A DNA stretch of 64,000 bases from Bugula neritina. Taxonomy: Eukaryota; Animalia; Bryozoa. Of the stretch, positions 1-42,513 are shown in pieces; position 1 is the first letter of the stretch; each line of letters begins with the position of its first letter. The DNA lies in contig OZ037770.1 in NCBI GenBank assembly GCA_964035545.1, forward strand, positions 12,948,642 to 13,012,641, in the 5' to 3' direction. The notes below the pieces were generated by a model. The model had not been told where the DNA came from, ran no database searches, and was given only the letters and a program-made list of their open reading frames with translations. The translations under genes were made by a program, and so were the position numbers.

Positions 1-1204
1 TATATGCTACGCAATGGTTTGGGCACATATATCCTAGAGTTGTATAATAGCAACCCTTTACAGAGTGACAAGTTGTCCCTGACAGCGTATAGTTTAGCGG
101 CTTCCTTTGACATATCGGCTTTTCTAATAGGCCATCCGCATTATACAACTGCTATGTAAAAGTTATTCGTATTAGTAGGACTGGTGTAAGTTGAAAGAAA
201 CAAATACTATTGATAGCTGATTAGGTCTACAATATTTTTACTTTCTTTTACTTTTTAAAAAAAACAAGTAAGCAATCTAATCGTCACGTGCTGGTAATCT
301 GCAAGTTGGCCTGCTGCAACAAGCCACTATGATCAATAAAATTAGGGTCAAAGCCCCCAATAGCAGCCCAAATACTAGGCCAGTTCTTCCTAAAAAATAG
401 ACGTGTGTGTTGGTATGAGCTAAGTAGAGTACATCTCAAGTATTTTTTTTTCTGTCTGTTAATTGACAGCTGACTGCTGCATAATAACTTAAACTACCCA
501 AAGAACAACACTATGACCATCATTAAGCTAATGGTAAAAAGTGCAACAACCCAGTGGTGTTTGTAACAGAGGCCATATTAAATCTCTGTTTGATGATTTT
601 CACCACCTTTCCTTTTTCTGACGATGCATTGTTCCGGTACTCTCTGTGCTCTAGCAAGGGCTTGTTGCCTTGTCTTAGGAGGCATTGTCAAGTCGATACT
701 AAATGGAATGTATATATGTATTAGATGAACTTGGATCATTGCTTAGTAGAATGAAAGCTTCCTTTCGGAAAGCTTAGTCATAGGTCTGCTTGTAGGGTGG
801 CTTGAGCAGCATTTAGCTTCAAAAACAAGTTATTCAAAATGTGTTTGTTTTTCTTCTTTTTTTTGTAAATTTGTATAAATAAGTTGCCATTCTCCTTGCC
901 TATGTAAGCATGATTTAATAAAGTATTTCGGTGTAAAGAGATTCAAAAATCAAGGATAGGTTAGTCTGCAGGACCAATAGCTTTTACTTAAAGAATTTAC
1001 ACATTCAGTAATAATTTAAGTAGCAGATATAAATGAATTTGGTTTTTAGTCATCGGAATTGTTTCGCTATACAATTCATCTTATTTATTTTGAGTTGCAG
1101 AAGGTCACAGGCTCCTCCCCGCTGGACTCATTCCTAGAAGAATGGTTCTGTAGTTGTGACATGACAAGCACACATCTTCCTATACGAGTCTTCAATGGTA
1201 AATA

Positions 1205-1440
1205 TATTCTGTTATACTATTCCATCTATCTAATAATTACTGTCTAAATAAATTAACCATTTTGCTATGCTGATCTTTGCTTATATGGTAAACCCTATAC
1301 TGTTTTACTATTGCATCTATATAATAATTATTGTCTAGCTAAATTAATAACCATTTTGCTATGTGTCAATAGTAAGCCCTATTGCTAGTTCATCTATCTA
1401 ATGGATATTGTCCCAATAAATTCATTACCATTGATGTTAG
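1205..1440. repeat. Degenerate tandem repeat, about 2.5-3 units of 80-95 bp
   Basis: Recurrent CATCTAT(C/A)TAATAATTA.TGTCTA...AAATTAA..CCATTTTGCTATG. Confidence 0.65.
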
Positions 1441-2656
1441 ATTTTTCGATTATGATTTTCACGTTAAATAAGCAATTCACAGAGCTCTTGCTTTCTCATT
1501 GATTCTCACAAGATGAGACACCAACAAATCTTCATTGCATTTGGCATATTTGCTGATACATGATGCCTCATAAAATCTATTACACTGGAAATATGTTAAA
1601 TATTTGCAGGAAACCCTCGGATCAAAGTCCAAATGAACTAGAGACTAGGACTAGAGGGGACCAGGGAGGCATTACATTTCTAGCTTTTCCCATAGCCTAC
1701 TTGTAAGCGCTACCCTAAATGTTACACAAGTAGACAACTTTGACGTTCATCACCTATTGGTTTATAATTTGTTGTATCGTGGGAATTATATGCTGATCAT
1801 TTAACATATATATGCTTTATTATTTTAAATTTATTATGTAATTTGTTTTCATCGAGCCAGCTTGCGAAGAAATATAACATTTATTTGGTATAACCCAGCA
1901 ATCAAAACTGTTGAAATACAATAAGGGTAATCAAACAATATATTACCTATAATTTATAATAAATATACAAAAAATACTCTAAACTAACATAATTCAATAA
2001 CCTGCAAATGCTACATCAGTTTATACAAAGTAATGATGAATAAGTGTAAATTAATAAATATATAAAATGGATGTTTGAATAGAGGTTAGGTCATTGATCG
2101 AAAGAGATCAATGCTCCGAACCATCTGCATTATCTTGGCCCTAAGCTAAGGTCAAGGAAATTTGTAAAATACTTCCAAAATTTTTCATTTCTGTATATTT
2201 GTTAGCCTAAATGTTGGACGGAATATAATCGGAGATTCGCATAGGAAACCTTGCATGATAACCCACATTTCCCAACATGTGTAGGTGGAAATTTCACAGC
2301 AGATAGCTAAAGATACTCAGATGTGTAGTGTAGAGAGATGGAATAGGTGAGGCTTTTAAACACAAAAACGGTACTTTGCTCCAACCTTGGTGTATGTGCA
2401 AAATGAAACTATAACAAAACATGTACATAAAGCGCCTAATTTACTTAAATAAAACAAGTTATCCATAACTGATGGTAGATTTAAATTAAAAGTGGTGTCT
2501 CTGTATTCTGTGATCTAGCAAATATATTAATTTATTAGGGTCAAGGAGTTAGTTCATGAACACAATATACATTCCAAGTGCAGCTAATCCACATTGAGAA
2601 GTTGGAATGATATGATTGGCTAATATCTGGCTCCTGCTTAGCTGATTGGCTACATC

Positions 2657-31993
<29,337 letters not shown>

Positions 31994-34900
31994 TTCAACT
32001 GTCAGCGGTTCCCTTCTACACAATACAAACCGCAATATGCTGCCTCGAGCTAGCTGACGATGCCGAGTGATAAGACAAGAGCCGTACCTGTCACTAGCGC
32101 AGGTTTGATGCTATTGGTCGGATGGTGCACTGTTATACTACCTCCGTTACTTCATCAACTCGTTTGTAGTCCAAGACCTTTCACTGTCATTAAACATTCA
32201 TAGGCTGAATGATAGAAATATTACCTATACACTCGGAAAGCTATTTCTTTGTATTGTCATGTTTACAATTGTACAGCAAAGTTGATTACACATAAAAGAC
32301 ACATAACAATATCACCGTAATACAAACAGTGTGCAACCTTTCAGCTTCATTTGCCTCAATCATGTTATACACCTTATGCTTGTCAATTTTAAATTAAAGC
32401 ACTCAAAAAGTTTATTTAACCAGTTGTTTTAACGCTAGATACAGGGAACGTAGACAAAACATCAATCACTTTGCAGCTCATCTTTAGCGTGTGCATCTCA
32501 GTACAGTTTTGTTATTTTTACTACTGTCCGTGTTTTTCATGAATGGATAATAATTTGCATATTGTATTCAGAAGTCTGTAAATGCTGTAGCTTTGATAAT
32601 GCAACACGAAAATAGCATCATTTGCATGACAGCTTCACTATTTGTTCTTCAAGTTAGCAAAATATGGCTAGAAATGAGATTGAAGGACATACTATAGACT
32701 ATACACATTTTATACAATAAAATTTCAAGTTTATAATTAAAGTTAGCGCAAAGTGAAAGTGCATATTATAATACTGTTAGTGTAAGTGTGGTGTATAATG
32801 TGTAAGTGTAGTGTATAATGGGTATACTGTATAAGTGTAGTGTGATGTAGTATATTATAGTACATTGTGGCATTGTAGAGTACGGTGTGGTGCAGCATGG
32901 TCTAGCTAAACGTAGCACCATATAATATAGTGTAGTGTCCAATTGTTTTGCCATGAACATAAATGTATACAACTTGTCAAATATAGTTTAGTGGACTGAT
33001 CATAAATTGCTGCCATTTTTATAAAATAGCTGAATCTGAGTCGTAGGAGTAAACTCTGTCTTGCAACGTCAACCTTGACCTTTTGGACTCTTATTTTATT
33101 TAATCAATTATATTTGCAAAAAACATTAGTTTAGATAAAATATTGTTTTATGATGGAGATTTATCAATATGCCAAATCGAATTAAAATGTTTAGCGAATA
33201 TCATATAAGATTGTCTTTGCATAAATAAACTGCAGCATAAAAGAATATTATATCTGAAAGACAAATTGCATAAACAGAGCTGTTCAAACGTGAATTTCTG
33301 TCATTTATGTTTAAATGAAAGGTTAGAACGTCTGCAGTTTTATTTGGTTATGTGGCAGTGAGTAAAGATATTTTGGAGTTTCACTAAAACCTAGCCTAAA
33401 TTTTTAAATCACAACACCAAAAATATAGAGATTTAGCAATTTTGCGTCAAGACTATATAACATAATTCATACTTAAGAATAATATTCTTAAATATAAATT
33501 ATGTTATGCTGGCCCAGGTGATCCTGGCCTAATGTGTCACTGTAATTTCTAATAAACCACTATATATAAGCAAATTGTAGGGCTTTGCTGTTCAGTCAAA
33601 CTTTGAATTTATCTTTTTATACGGCACCATTCTAGTTTCTCAAGGCATTTTCCTATAGTTTAATTTATGTCTTTTACAAGGCATCTTGCTCAAAGTAGTG
33701 TTGTTGGCTGCAATCCATGTTCCATATTTGCCAACTATAGTAATATTATTATTCCGTAATTCAAAAGCTGTTATGACATATTATGTAGAGTGGCTTCTAA
33801 CTGCGTATTGACCCCTTTTTTACCCTATGGGTAAACAACTCCCATTAAACAAATTTTGAATAATTATAAATATTATTAAGTTAGAAACCCAAAAATTAAT
33901 GCGATTTTATTTTCTTGGTAGAAAAAACAAACCGTGCAAAAAATTATTTTTAGCTTTGTTTTCTGTTGTTTTCTAAAAATTTGTCAATTTGTTAGTTATA
34001 TAGATGCTGTGAAACACATATTTAGAGAGGCAACTCCAAAATAGCAAGATACTGCAAATGAGTTGTGTAGAATAATACCATATTATGTAACTACACTCCA
34101 TCATAAACACTATATTATTATTGTCCTGTAAATATATAAATTTATCACTAGTTTTAAATATGCAACTAAACTAGAAATCGAGGTGGGTAATTGATTTCAC
34201 AGCTAATCGTGCATTATATTACAATAAGGACTGCTATGATACCCGTAATATATTTTATGATAGCAATTGAGAAAATGCAATTATATTATTATGCCAAAGT
34301 TATAATATACAGTTCTATAATTTTAGCCTGTTATTTGTCATCAATGTTTGTGTAGAACATTCTATATTTTATAGAAATATAAAACTTACCTTGAAAGTTT
34401 TTCCTAGCAAGGAATTATAAACTATCAGTTGATCATACTATTGCATCTGTAATAATTTCTTTACAATAGACAAAACGAAGCACCGCTTGGAAACATCTTT
34501 AATGCATTTTCAGCTTTATGCTCATTATAACTGCTTTTGGGAAAGCTTTTTAGGATCTGTATATGGGAATGGCAATTAAGAAAAAAAATGTATAGTAGTT
34601 TTAATCTGCACTAAAAAAACAGGTATTTGTTCTAATTGTGGGCTATGATTTTATAGTATTTTTCAACAATTAATGGCCACATATTCAAGGTGTTGGTTTG
34701 TTGTGGTTTTGTTAGATAACTTGTAAAATAAGCTGAAATAGGCTCCATGGTTGTGGCAAGGATTTCTCTTTAGTTTCACTTGCTTGACGATATCAAGAAA
34801 CTGCTTTTACATGTCAGGTTTATATAAGTAGGCTGCCATAGTGAATGAATCTTACACACTGTGGAGATACAATATTCTATGGTGGGATAACTCTAAATAC

Positions 34901-35125
34901 ACAATAGACTTGTCATGAATAAAATAAGTATTATATTTTCTCATACTTAATCAAAAACATAGAGTATCACACCTTAATTTCTGCAGTAACACACATTTAT
35001 AATTGAAAACTTTAACAATACAATATAATGTCTATGAAAATATATTACAAGTTATATAGAGTTGGATATTTAAATACGAAGTAACAATACATAAGATTAA
35101 TTATGCAATAATGCACTATGAATCA

Positions 35126-37081
35126 CTACTCTCTGGACGCCTGAGGAATCTGGGGGAGTCCAAACTCGTCCACAGGGATGCCGGATGATGACTCAGCTCC
35201 AGGTACAGTGGTCGGCACGCTGGGTGCAGCTGCTTCATCCAGATATGACGTGTCGTCATCAAGAGCTGTGGTATAGAATATTCCAGAACATACATAACAG
35301 TTGACTATGGGTATTATATGACTATAAGTACTAAATAACTGTGTACTATATGACTATGTACTATATGGCTGTGTATCATATGACTCTAAGTATTAAATAA
35401 CTGTGTACTATAGGACTATGTACTATAAGTACAATATGACTATGTACTATAAGTACTATATGACTATGTACTATATAACTAATTGCTTAAACATTGATTA
35501 TAATACATGCTAGAGTCTAGACTAATAAAATACGCATAATATATTATCAGCAAGTGAAAAACTGTGATCAAATTATAAGAATGAAAATATTAATAAAAAC
35601 TACATTTTCTGGAAGTTTTCTTCCGACTAGAACTTTGTTCAAACTCTAGGTTCACCAGTTCTAGAGCACAGTAGTATATCATACCAGGCAAACACACATA
35701 TCCTCTATAATATCCTATAATTTAGTCTTGCATAGCACACTTATCCTACTGAATCATGAGATGTACAACACATCTGTCTGAAGCTAGCCTCAGAGTTTCT
35801 TTGACACATAAATACTAGGTGGTAGTCAAAAGCATGAGAATTGAGAGAATTTAATGTGACTTGAATTATTATAATGTGACTTAAGTTAATATGATATGAC
35901 TTGAGAGAGAATATCGTGTGACTTGAGTTATTATCATGTGACTTGAGCCAATACCATGTTAATAGCATTGATCTATGTGACTTCAGTCACTGTTCAAGTG
36001 ATTTGAATTAAATGTATTCATTGCCCACTGAAAGAAAACAATAAACACAGCAGTTTCTTGTATCTCACCAATTTCATCTCCCAATGCGTCTAGCTCAGCT
36101 GCAAGATCATCTTCATCTACTTCTGGAGTGCCATAGCTTCTTCCCATTACTTCATTTATTTCATCTGCCTAAAATACATATAAATTTATAACTAACATAC
36201 AGTGACTAGTTGGTGATTAATCCAATAGACGAAGAGGTAAAACGGTGAATGTACTTCAATAATTTACAACAGAATAGCAAAACTATTTGCACAAGCCCAG
36301 AATTGTGGTTTTGTAATGTAAAATAAGAACTACAGTGGCTATCGAGCCTGTGAAATCTGTGAATCATAATCATATTGAATAGCCTAAAACTGAGTTAGAA
36401 CATTAAGATCAACTAGAGCTCAAACTAATCAGAGCCTATTCTTGTTATGTAAAATTTTATTACATTTTGTAAGATTTCGTACTGAGTGAGTCTTTAAAAA
36501 ACAGAGTTTAGAATGAGAGCTAAAAATTTAAACAGAATTTAGTATAAGGAAATGTTGGCGTCACTGGATAGACTCTGATAGTCAAAGCGAACTTCTTTTT
36601 AACTCATAGTTCTTCAGATTTAGCTCAATTTAAAAAATGATATCGATCTTATCCATACCTGTTCCATCATGTCCTCCATTTGATCATGAAGGTCATCAAT
36701 CTTATCAATATTAACGTTTTTGTAAGCCTTCTTGAACTCTTTAACCCCCACTTTCATAGCATCTACTGTTGTCTTTGTGTCTTTTAGTGACTGTATGCTA
36801 AAGTTCGTTTGTTCCATATTGAATGCCTGATTCATTAGTTGGTCACGTTGACCTTCGTACATTTTCTTTTGTTTCAAGACTCTCATAGCTTTTTGCTTCA
36901 CCAAATTTTTGCTAGGACCTTCTCTCATTCTTTTCATTTGATCCTTGTATTTTACCAGTTCAGCATCTAGTCTAGCAATCTTTTTGTCTACTGACTCGCC
37001 TCGACTTTCCAAATTATTAACACAGTCGTTAAGATCTGGAGGAGGTGCTTTAGGTTTTCCTTTTCCAAATATTCTATCCAT
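35126..37081 (-). CDS. CHMP5: Charged multivesicular body protein 5 (ESCRT-III, Vps60), 3 exons, 220 aa
   Basis: join(complement): 36659-37081, 36069-36168, 35126-35265 = 663 nt. [17 protein letters not shown]...[15 protein letters not shown]; [32 protein letters not shown]; C-terminal [10 protein letters not shown]. Introns GT-AG, phases 0 and 1. Confidence 0.96.
35302..35478. repeat. Low-complexity minisatellite (TGACTATGTACTATA..) in CHMP5 intron 2
   Basis: Direct observation. Confidence 0.75.
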
Positions 37082-37430
37082 TTTTAAAAAACTAGTACGT
37101 TGAATTGTCCTGTACTAACTTCAATACACTTCAGCGGAATCCTAGTCATTAACAAGTGACTCAGAAACCTATTATTTCCTGTACGACAACCGTTCCAGCT
37201 CAGCTACTTCTGAATTGTTATAACTATTATTATTTAGAAAAATAGTGAAATACGATTGGTCGACGAGAATGTGACGCCTTTATTTATTGGCTTTTGGTAA
37301 GCGTTTATTGAAACGGAACCGCGTGAACTTGAACAAAAGTAGTTGAAGTGACTGTGATTGAAGTGAGACTACTGGCGAGCCTGTAAATTGTAAATTGTAA
37401 AACCTTTGTAACTTACTCTCACTCGTAAGT
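37082..37430. promoter_or_regulatory. Probable bidirectional promoter (CHMP5 / divergent + strand gene)
   Basis: Locally CpG-containing; two ATTGG (CCAAT) boxes near 37255 and 37286; ETS-like TTTCCTG near 37176; + strand donor-like CTC|GTAAGT near 37424. Confidence 0.45.
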
Positions 37431-39172
37431 CAGTAAATTAAAATTGACAAATTTTATGCTAACTAAATTATTATTCTATTATCACTATTTCAATGACTTG
37501 ACAATACTGAATACACATATAACATCTATTATATTTGCTAACACTAACAGTAACTGTAGCTGTTCTACTGAAACTGAAAGTGAAAGTCTTCCAGACTTAA
37601 GTTTGCCTTTAACTCATTACTATAACTATAAGTATAAGTTTTATAACTATCTAAATTGCAATTAATAAATCTCTTATAGTTATGACTTAATCTTATCACA
37701 ATCAATATCAAAATGAATTTCATTTTGAACTTGACATTTGGGTGAGTGATGGTGGTGATAATCATTATCATGATCATGTTCATTGTCGTAAGGCTTTTTC
37801 ATACTCATAGTAGTATTAATATTGCTAATTGATAGTCATAATGATAACCTGTAAAATGTAATCACTATCAGTAAATATAATCACCAACCACCATTACTTC
37901 TATTAAATTAAGACTTAGTGAGTAACTTAGTCTTACTCTTAGTAGTACTAATAGTATTATGGTAAATACTAATACTAGTAATACTAATAGTAAAAGTAAT
38001 GCTCATAGTCATACTGATAATAATATTAATTTTGAATAATATTAATATATCCATTATATGAATATTTATTGTTACTATAAGTATCACTATAACTATAAGT
38101 ATAAGTATTAGTATAGCTATATTAGGATAAGTATTAGTTTATTATTATGATAATCTAGTTATCAGTATGATTATGAATCATGATCATCAGTGCCACTTCA
38201 TGGTAATGATCATGTTAAATAAAGGTTTATAGTAAATAAATGACTATAGATATAATTTTATAATAATTATAAATTTATAATGCCTAATGTAATGATAATA
38301 CTCATAGACTAAAGTTATACTATTGTCTATTAGTATTACTATAAGACTTAGTAAATCACGTAATATTACTATAATATGTATACTTTTTCTCTAATTTATC
38401 TTCACGGAGTTTTGCTTTACTTATGGTTATGCTATTACTAAGTCTAATAGACAGCAGTCACAGTAATACTGGTAAGTTATAGTTATACTAATATTAGTAA
38501 TATTAATAATAATATTAACAGAATAGTCTGATAGTAATACTGACTCAATAGGTAGAGTCTATAAGTATAAGTAATTCAGTAATTAAATTAGTTGTACTAC
38601 TTTTTAATTACTATTTCAGTATTCAGTAATACCTTATTTTATTTGTAAATAACAACTAGAAATACTAGTGCGGATGTGAGTTGTCAAGTAAATATTTATA
38701 AGATTAGCTAAACTACATCGAAGGAGGGTGTAATTATAACACAGATCAATAGTCATTAATCAATCATCCACCACTTGCTGCAGCACAAAAAAGCTTGGCA
38801 TTTACTTATTTTACCAAAGGTCCATAAAGAAAATAATTGTAGTAAGAAGGTCCCATAAATAAATTGTGTAAATTTGCATATTTATGATATGGTGTTGGAC
38901 ATTTTAGGTGTCCTGTTTTGTAAAATAATATATATTTGCAAGGTATTGGTTCAACTCGCAATTCCTCTAGCTGTACAGTGTCTACTCAATATTTTTACAC
39001 TGATCTCTGCGATGATTAAAGTGGCCATGACTTTATATTTATCCATAATATAATTTTATCCAAAGGCATTCCCTGCCCTATATTTTAATTTTAAGCTTTC
39101 GTACTGCATACTATTCTAAGTTGATATTCACACAGTTTGTGATTTACATAGCAGTACAGATAAAATCTTTTA

Positions 39173-40183
39173 ATGGACGAGCTAGACAGTTCAGCAAAAA
39201 CTGAAGTAGAAGAAAGATCGGAAGATGATGAGAGAACTGGTAGCGAAGCTCCTGCTAATAAAAAGTCAAAACATTCGTACAATTCTCAAATGTATAATTA
39301 TGAGATGATAGAAGATATGAAAATAGAACTGACATTAGAGGTATTTCATTTTGCTTGATATCATGTAGCTAAATGTGTTTTGATAATCAGTTGGCCTTAA
39401 AATGGTCCTCCTTATTTGGGCTAAAATATCAGTAAAATATTTTGAATTGTTTTTTTGTAAATACTGCTATTAGACTGAGAGTAGATACTATTAGACTGAG
39501 AGTAGATACTATTAGACTGAGAGTAGATACTATTAGACTGAGAGTAGATACTATTAGACTGAGAGTAGATACTATTAGACTGAGAGTAGATACTATTAGA
39601 CTGAGAGTAGATACTATTAGACTGAGAGTAGATACTATTAGACTGAGAGTAGATACTATTAGACTGAGAGTAGATACTATTAGACTGAGAGTAGACACTA
39701 TTAGACTGAGAGTAGATACTATTAGACTGAGAGTAGATACTATTAGACTGAGAGTAGATACTATTAGACTGAGAGTAGATACTATTAGACTGAGAGTAGA
39801 CACTATTAGACTGAGAGTAGATACTATTAGACTGAGAGTAGATACTATTAGACTGAGAGTAGATACTATTAGACTGAGAGTAAATACTATTAGACTGAGA
39901 GTAGATACTATTAGACTGAGAGTAAATACTATTAGACTGAGAGTAAATATCTGTTATTCAGATTGAGAATTGCAAGAATCAGATCGGAGTCCTGACCAGC
40001 GCTCTGAGAGATAAAATAGTCCGACTGTCACGGACTGAGAACAAGACTGAGGTTAATTTAGGTGCCGTGTGTAGTTTAGAGATGCAGTGCTCTTCTATAG
40101 CGTATGCCAGAGCCATGTACATTATCAAACTCAGAGAAAAAGAGCAGCAGTTACTGGGGCTGAGGTCATACGTGCTGACCTAG
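39173..40183 (+). CDS. Putative small unrecognised protein, 2 coding exons (39173-39340, 39962-40183), about 129 aa, acidic N-terminus plus probable coiled coil
   Basis: ATG 39173 downstream of an acceptor-like ttacatag; donor TTAGAG|gtattt (phase 0); acceptor ttattcag|ATT followed by 73 open codons (IENCKNQIGVLTSALRDKIVRL...YIIKLREKEQQLLGLRSYVLT*). Both exons are less AT-rich than their flanks. Confidence 0.6.
39467..39949. repeat. 21-bp minisatellite x23 (CTATTAGACTGAGAGTAGATA)
   Basis: Nearly perfect units; explains ORFs 39429-39803 and 39442-39966. Confidence 0.97.
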
Positions 40184-42513
40184 CAAGGACATCCATATTT
40201 AACTGATCGTGTAGCATAGTTTCTCAAAATTTTCAAATCAATTGTAAATATGTTCTTCTTTAATTTACGTTTCATTTATATTAGGTTTATTTATACATAT
40301 TCTATTCAAATTGTCTGCGTTGAGTTATGCAATATTCGTGGAAAAAACCGAAATGGATTTTATTTGTAAATTTTGTAATTAGCTTAATTTATATTTTATT
40401 TCAGAATTTTCTTTAAAGGTGTAATAGAGGGCACATATTACTTCCAATTTTTCACCAGACAATAAACTTTTGTTCATGAACTGAAATTGTCAAATTTTCA
40501 CTTAGCCTAGCATACAAAGTTATACAAGTTTTACTGTAAATGATACACATGCAACTTAGTTTTGGGAAAAAGTTGAGCTGCTCCTAATCTTCTATGAGGA
40601 GTTGTCTGTCCCTGGTTACTGCTGTAGTCTCTCTCTGGTCAGAAGGTCCGAAGCGTTTTGGTGACTCACAGAGGTGCTGGTAAGGCTGTTGGTAAACTGT
40701 TGGATATTTTCAGCTGAAAAATTACCCATAGCTAAATGTTGTAATATGCTGAAACACCATTGGTTAGCAAAGGGCTGATAAGTCCCAATAAATTTGGTGC
40801 TGATCAAAATTATGGCATTTGGTGATAGCGCATTGGTCTATTGGGTAAGCTTGACATTAAATATTTTGAATTGTAATTTATTTTATTTTTGGCTTCTTGT
40901 TGAACCCACACTCGGCTGCCAAATAATTTGCTGACTAGTATTTTATATTGCCTGAATCTTGAATTGTGTTTTTGCAACCAGTGGAATATAAATGCTGTCA
41001 TTTTACCGCGTAGCAAAACAGCCACACAGAGAGAGGCTCTGAACAGCCATATGTTCTTCAGGGAGTCTAATCTTAACAGCATCAACATCTGAGGAACATT
41101 CTGCAGTTTATCCTAGTTAAACTTGTTAACTAGGGGAAGTCTTGTCGCAGAAGTATAAAAACTTGGAAAAATCATCAATTATCAACATCCCTACCTTTCA
41201 CAGCTATACTTTCGTAATAACTGTTTAATTTGCAAACTCTCAAGTTTTATCGGTGATATATTTCAGCAATATACCAGTATCCTGAGAGTTGTGTCCTCCT
41301 GCTTCTGCAGCAGCTGTTCTCAGCGTACTATACACCAAGCTATGTTGGAAACACCTAGCATATTCAATGCAGGTATGATTTGTCCCCCCTTTGAACTACT
41401 AATCAAGTCTGCTGCAACTGATAGGCATTTAGTTTGGCTTTAGTATTGGTATTAGTTTGTGTGTGTACGTGTGTGTTATATGATATTTTGAAATAAGTTG
41501 AATTGTTGAGTGGATGTATTTGTAAAATTAAAAATAAGTTAGTTCAAATAAACGACTATACTATTCTTACATATGAGCATTATTTTAATGATATATGCAC
41601 CTAATTTCAGTAGATTACATGCCTTATATTGAGATATGCCAACTTTTCAGGTCATGCCATGTTATTCTATTTATAACTGCTGTTAGGACAATGAAAGAGA
41701 ATAATTAAAATTTCAGCCCTGTTTGTCAGCTTTCTCACAGCCCTCTAAACTGGTTGACGTGTATCTCTGACCTAGAAGAGTTATTTGTGGTTCTCATTTG
41801 TTTTGCAGTCTTTCACTGGTATGATCTCCCACACAGTTTTTATTGTATTATATATTGACATATTATTAGCAATGAATTAGGCTATACTCCTGTGCTCAAT
41901 CACTAAGTTTCCATTGCTTATTGCATGCGATTTGATGTTTATAAACAGCTACATCGAATGAAACCACAACCGTAAGTTCATGCAAACAGCAACCACAAAT
42001 TCATCCTATGAGCATCCAAGGACCCATTCGAAGCAATGGAAACGCTGTATATTTGTCTTTTAATCCCACATTATTATAACATGTTCTGGTACATATAGTG
42101 TTGCAGTTTAACACATTACTAGTTATTAAAAATTACTGAGCAACCACAAAACACCAACCCACAGCTCTGTGCATAACAGTCTAGATTTGAGTTAGAAAGT
42201 CAATAGTGGAAGTTTTAACACAGTATATAGCTTATTTCTTGCTTGCATTGAAGTTTCTACACCAATGAGATGGAGGGATCTTGATGACTTCTTAATCAAA
42301 TAGTCCCCAGCAGACAAGGGTTTGTAACTTGCTATAAGTCTACGCTTTATCAACTACTCCGTAATAAACAAGGTGAATATGTTTCATGAAACAGTTATAC
42401 CAGTAGTCATATATTTTGGTTCCCATTTTAATTATACAAAAAATATACATAAAAAACCCCATTCAGAAAAGGTATAATTATCAATATGCAGCAGGATCTA
42501 TCAAAAGGACAAC

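Noticed and set aside
578-690. Short minus-strand ORF MPPKTRQQALARAQR...
   Set aside because: Only 35 codons, no supporting splice structure or homology.
39429-39966. ORFs of 124 aa (STLSLIV)n and 174 aa (IRLRVDT)n; CRISPR-like appearance
   Set aside because: Translations of a head-to-tail 21-bp minisatellite; no unique spacers, no cas genes, eukaryotic context.
40616-41372. Minus-strand ORFs 40616-40807 and 40810-41088, and an exon-like + strand segment near 41267-41371
   Set aside because: No recognisable domain and no consistent multi-exon model.
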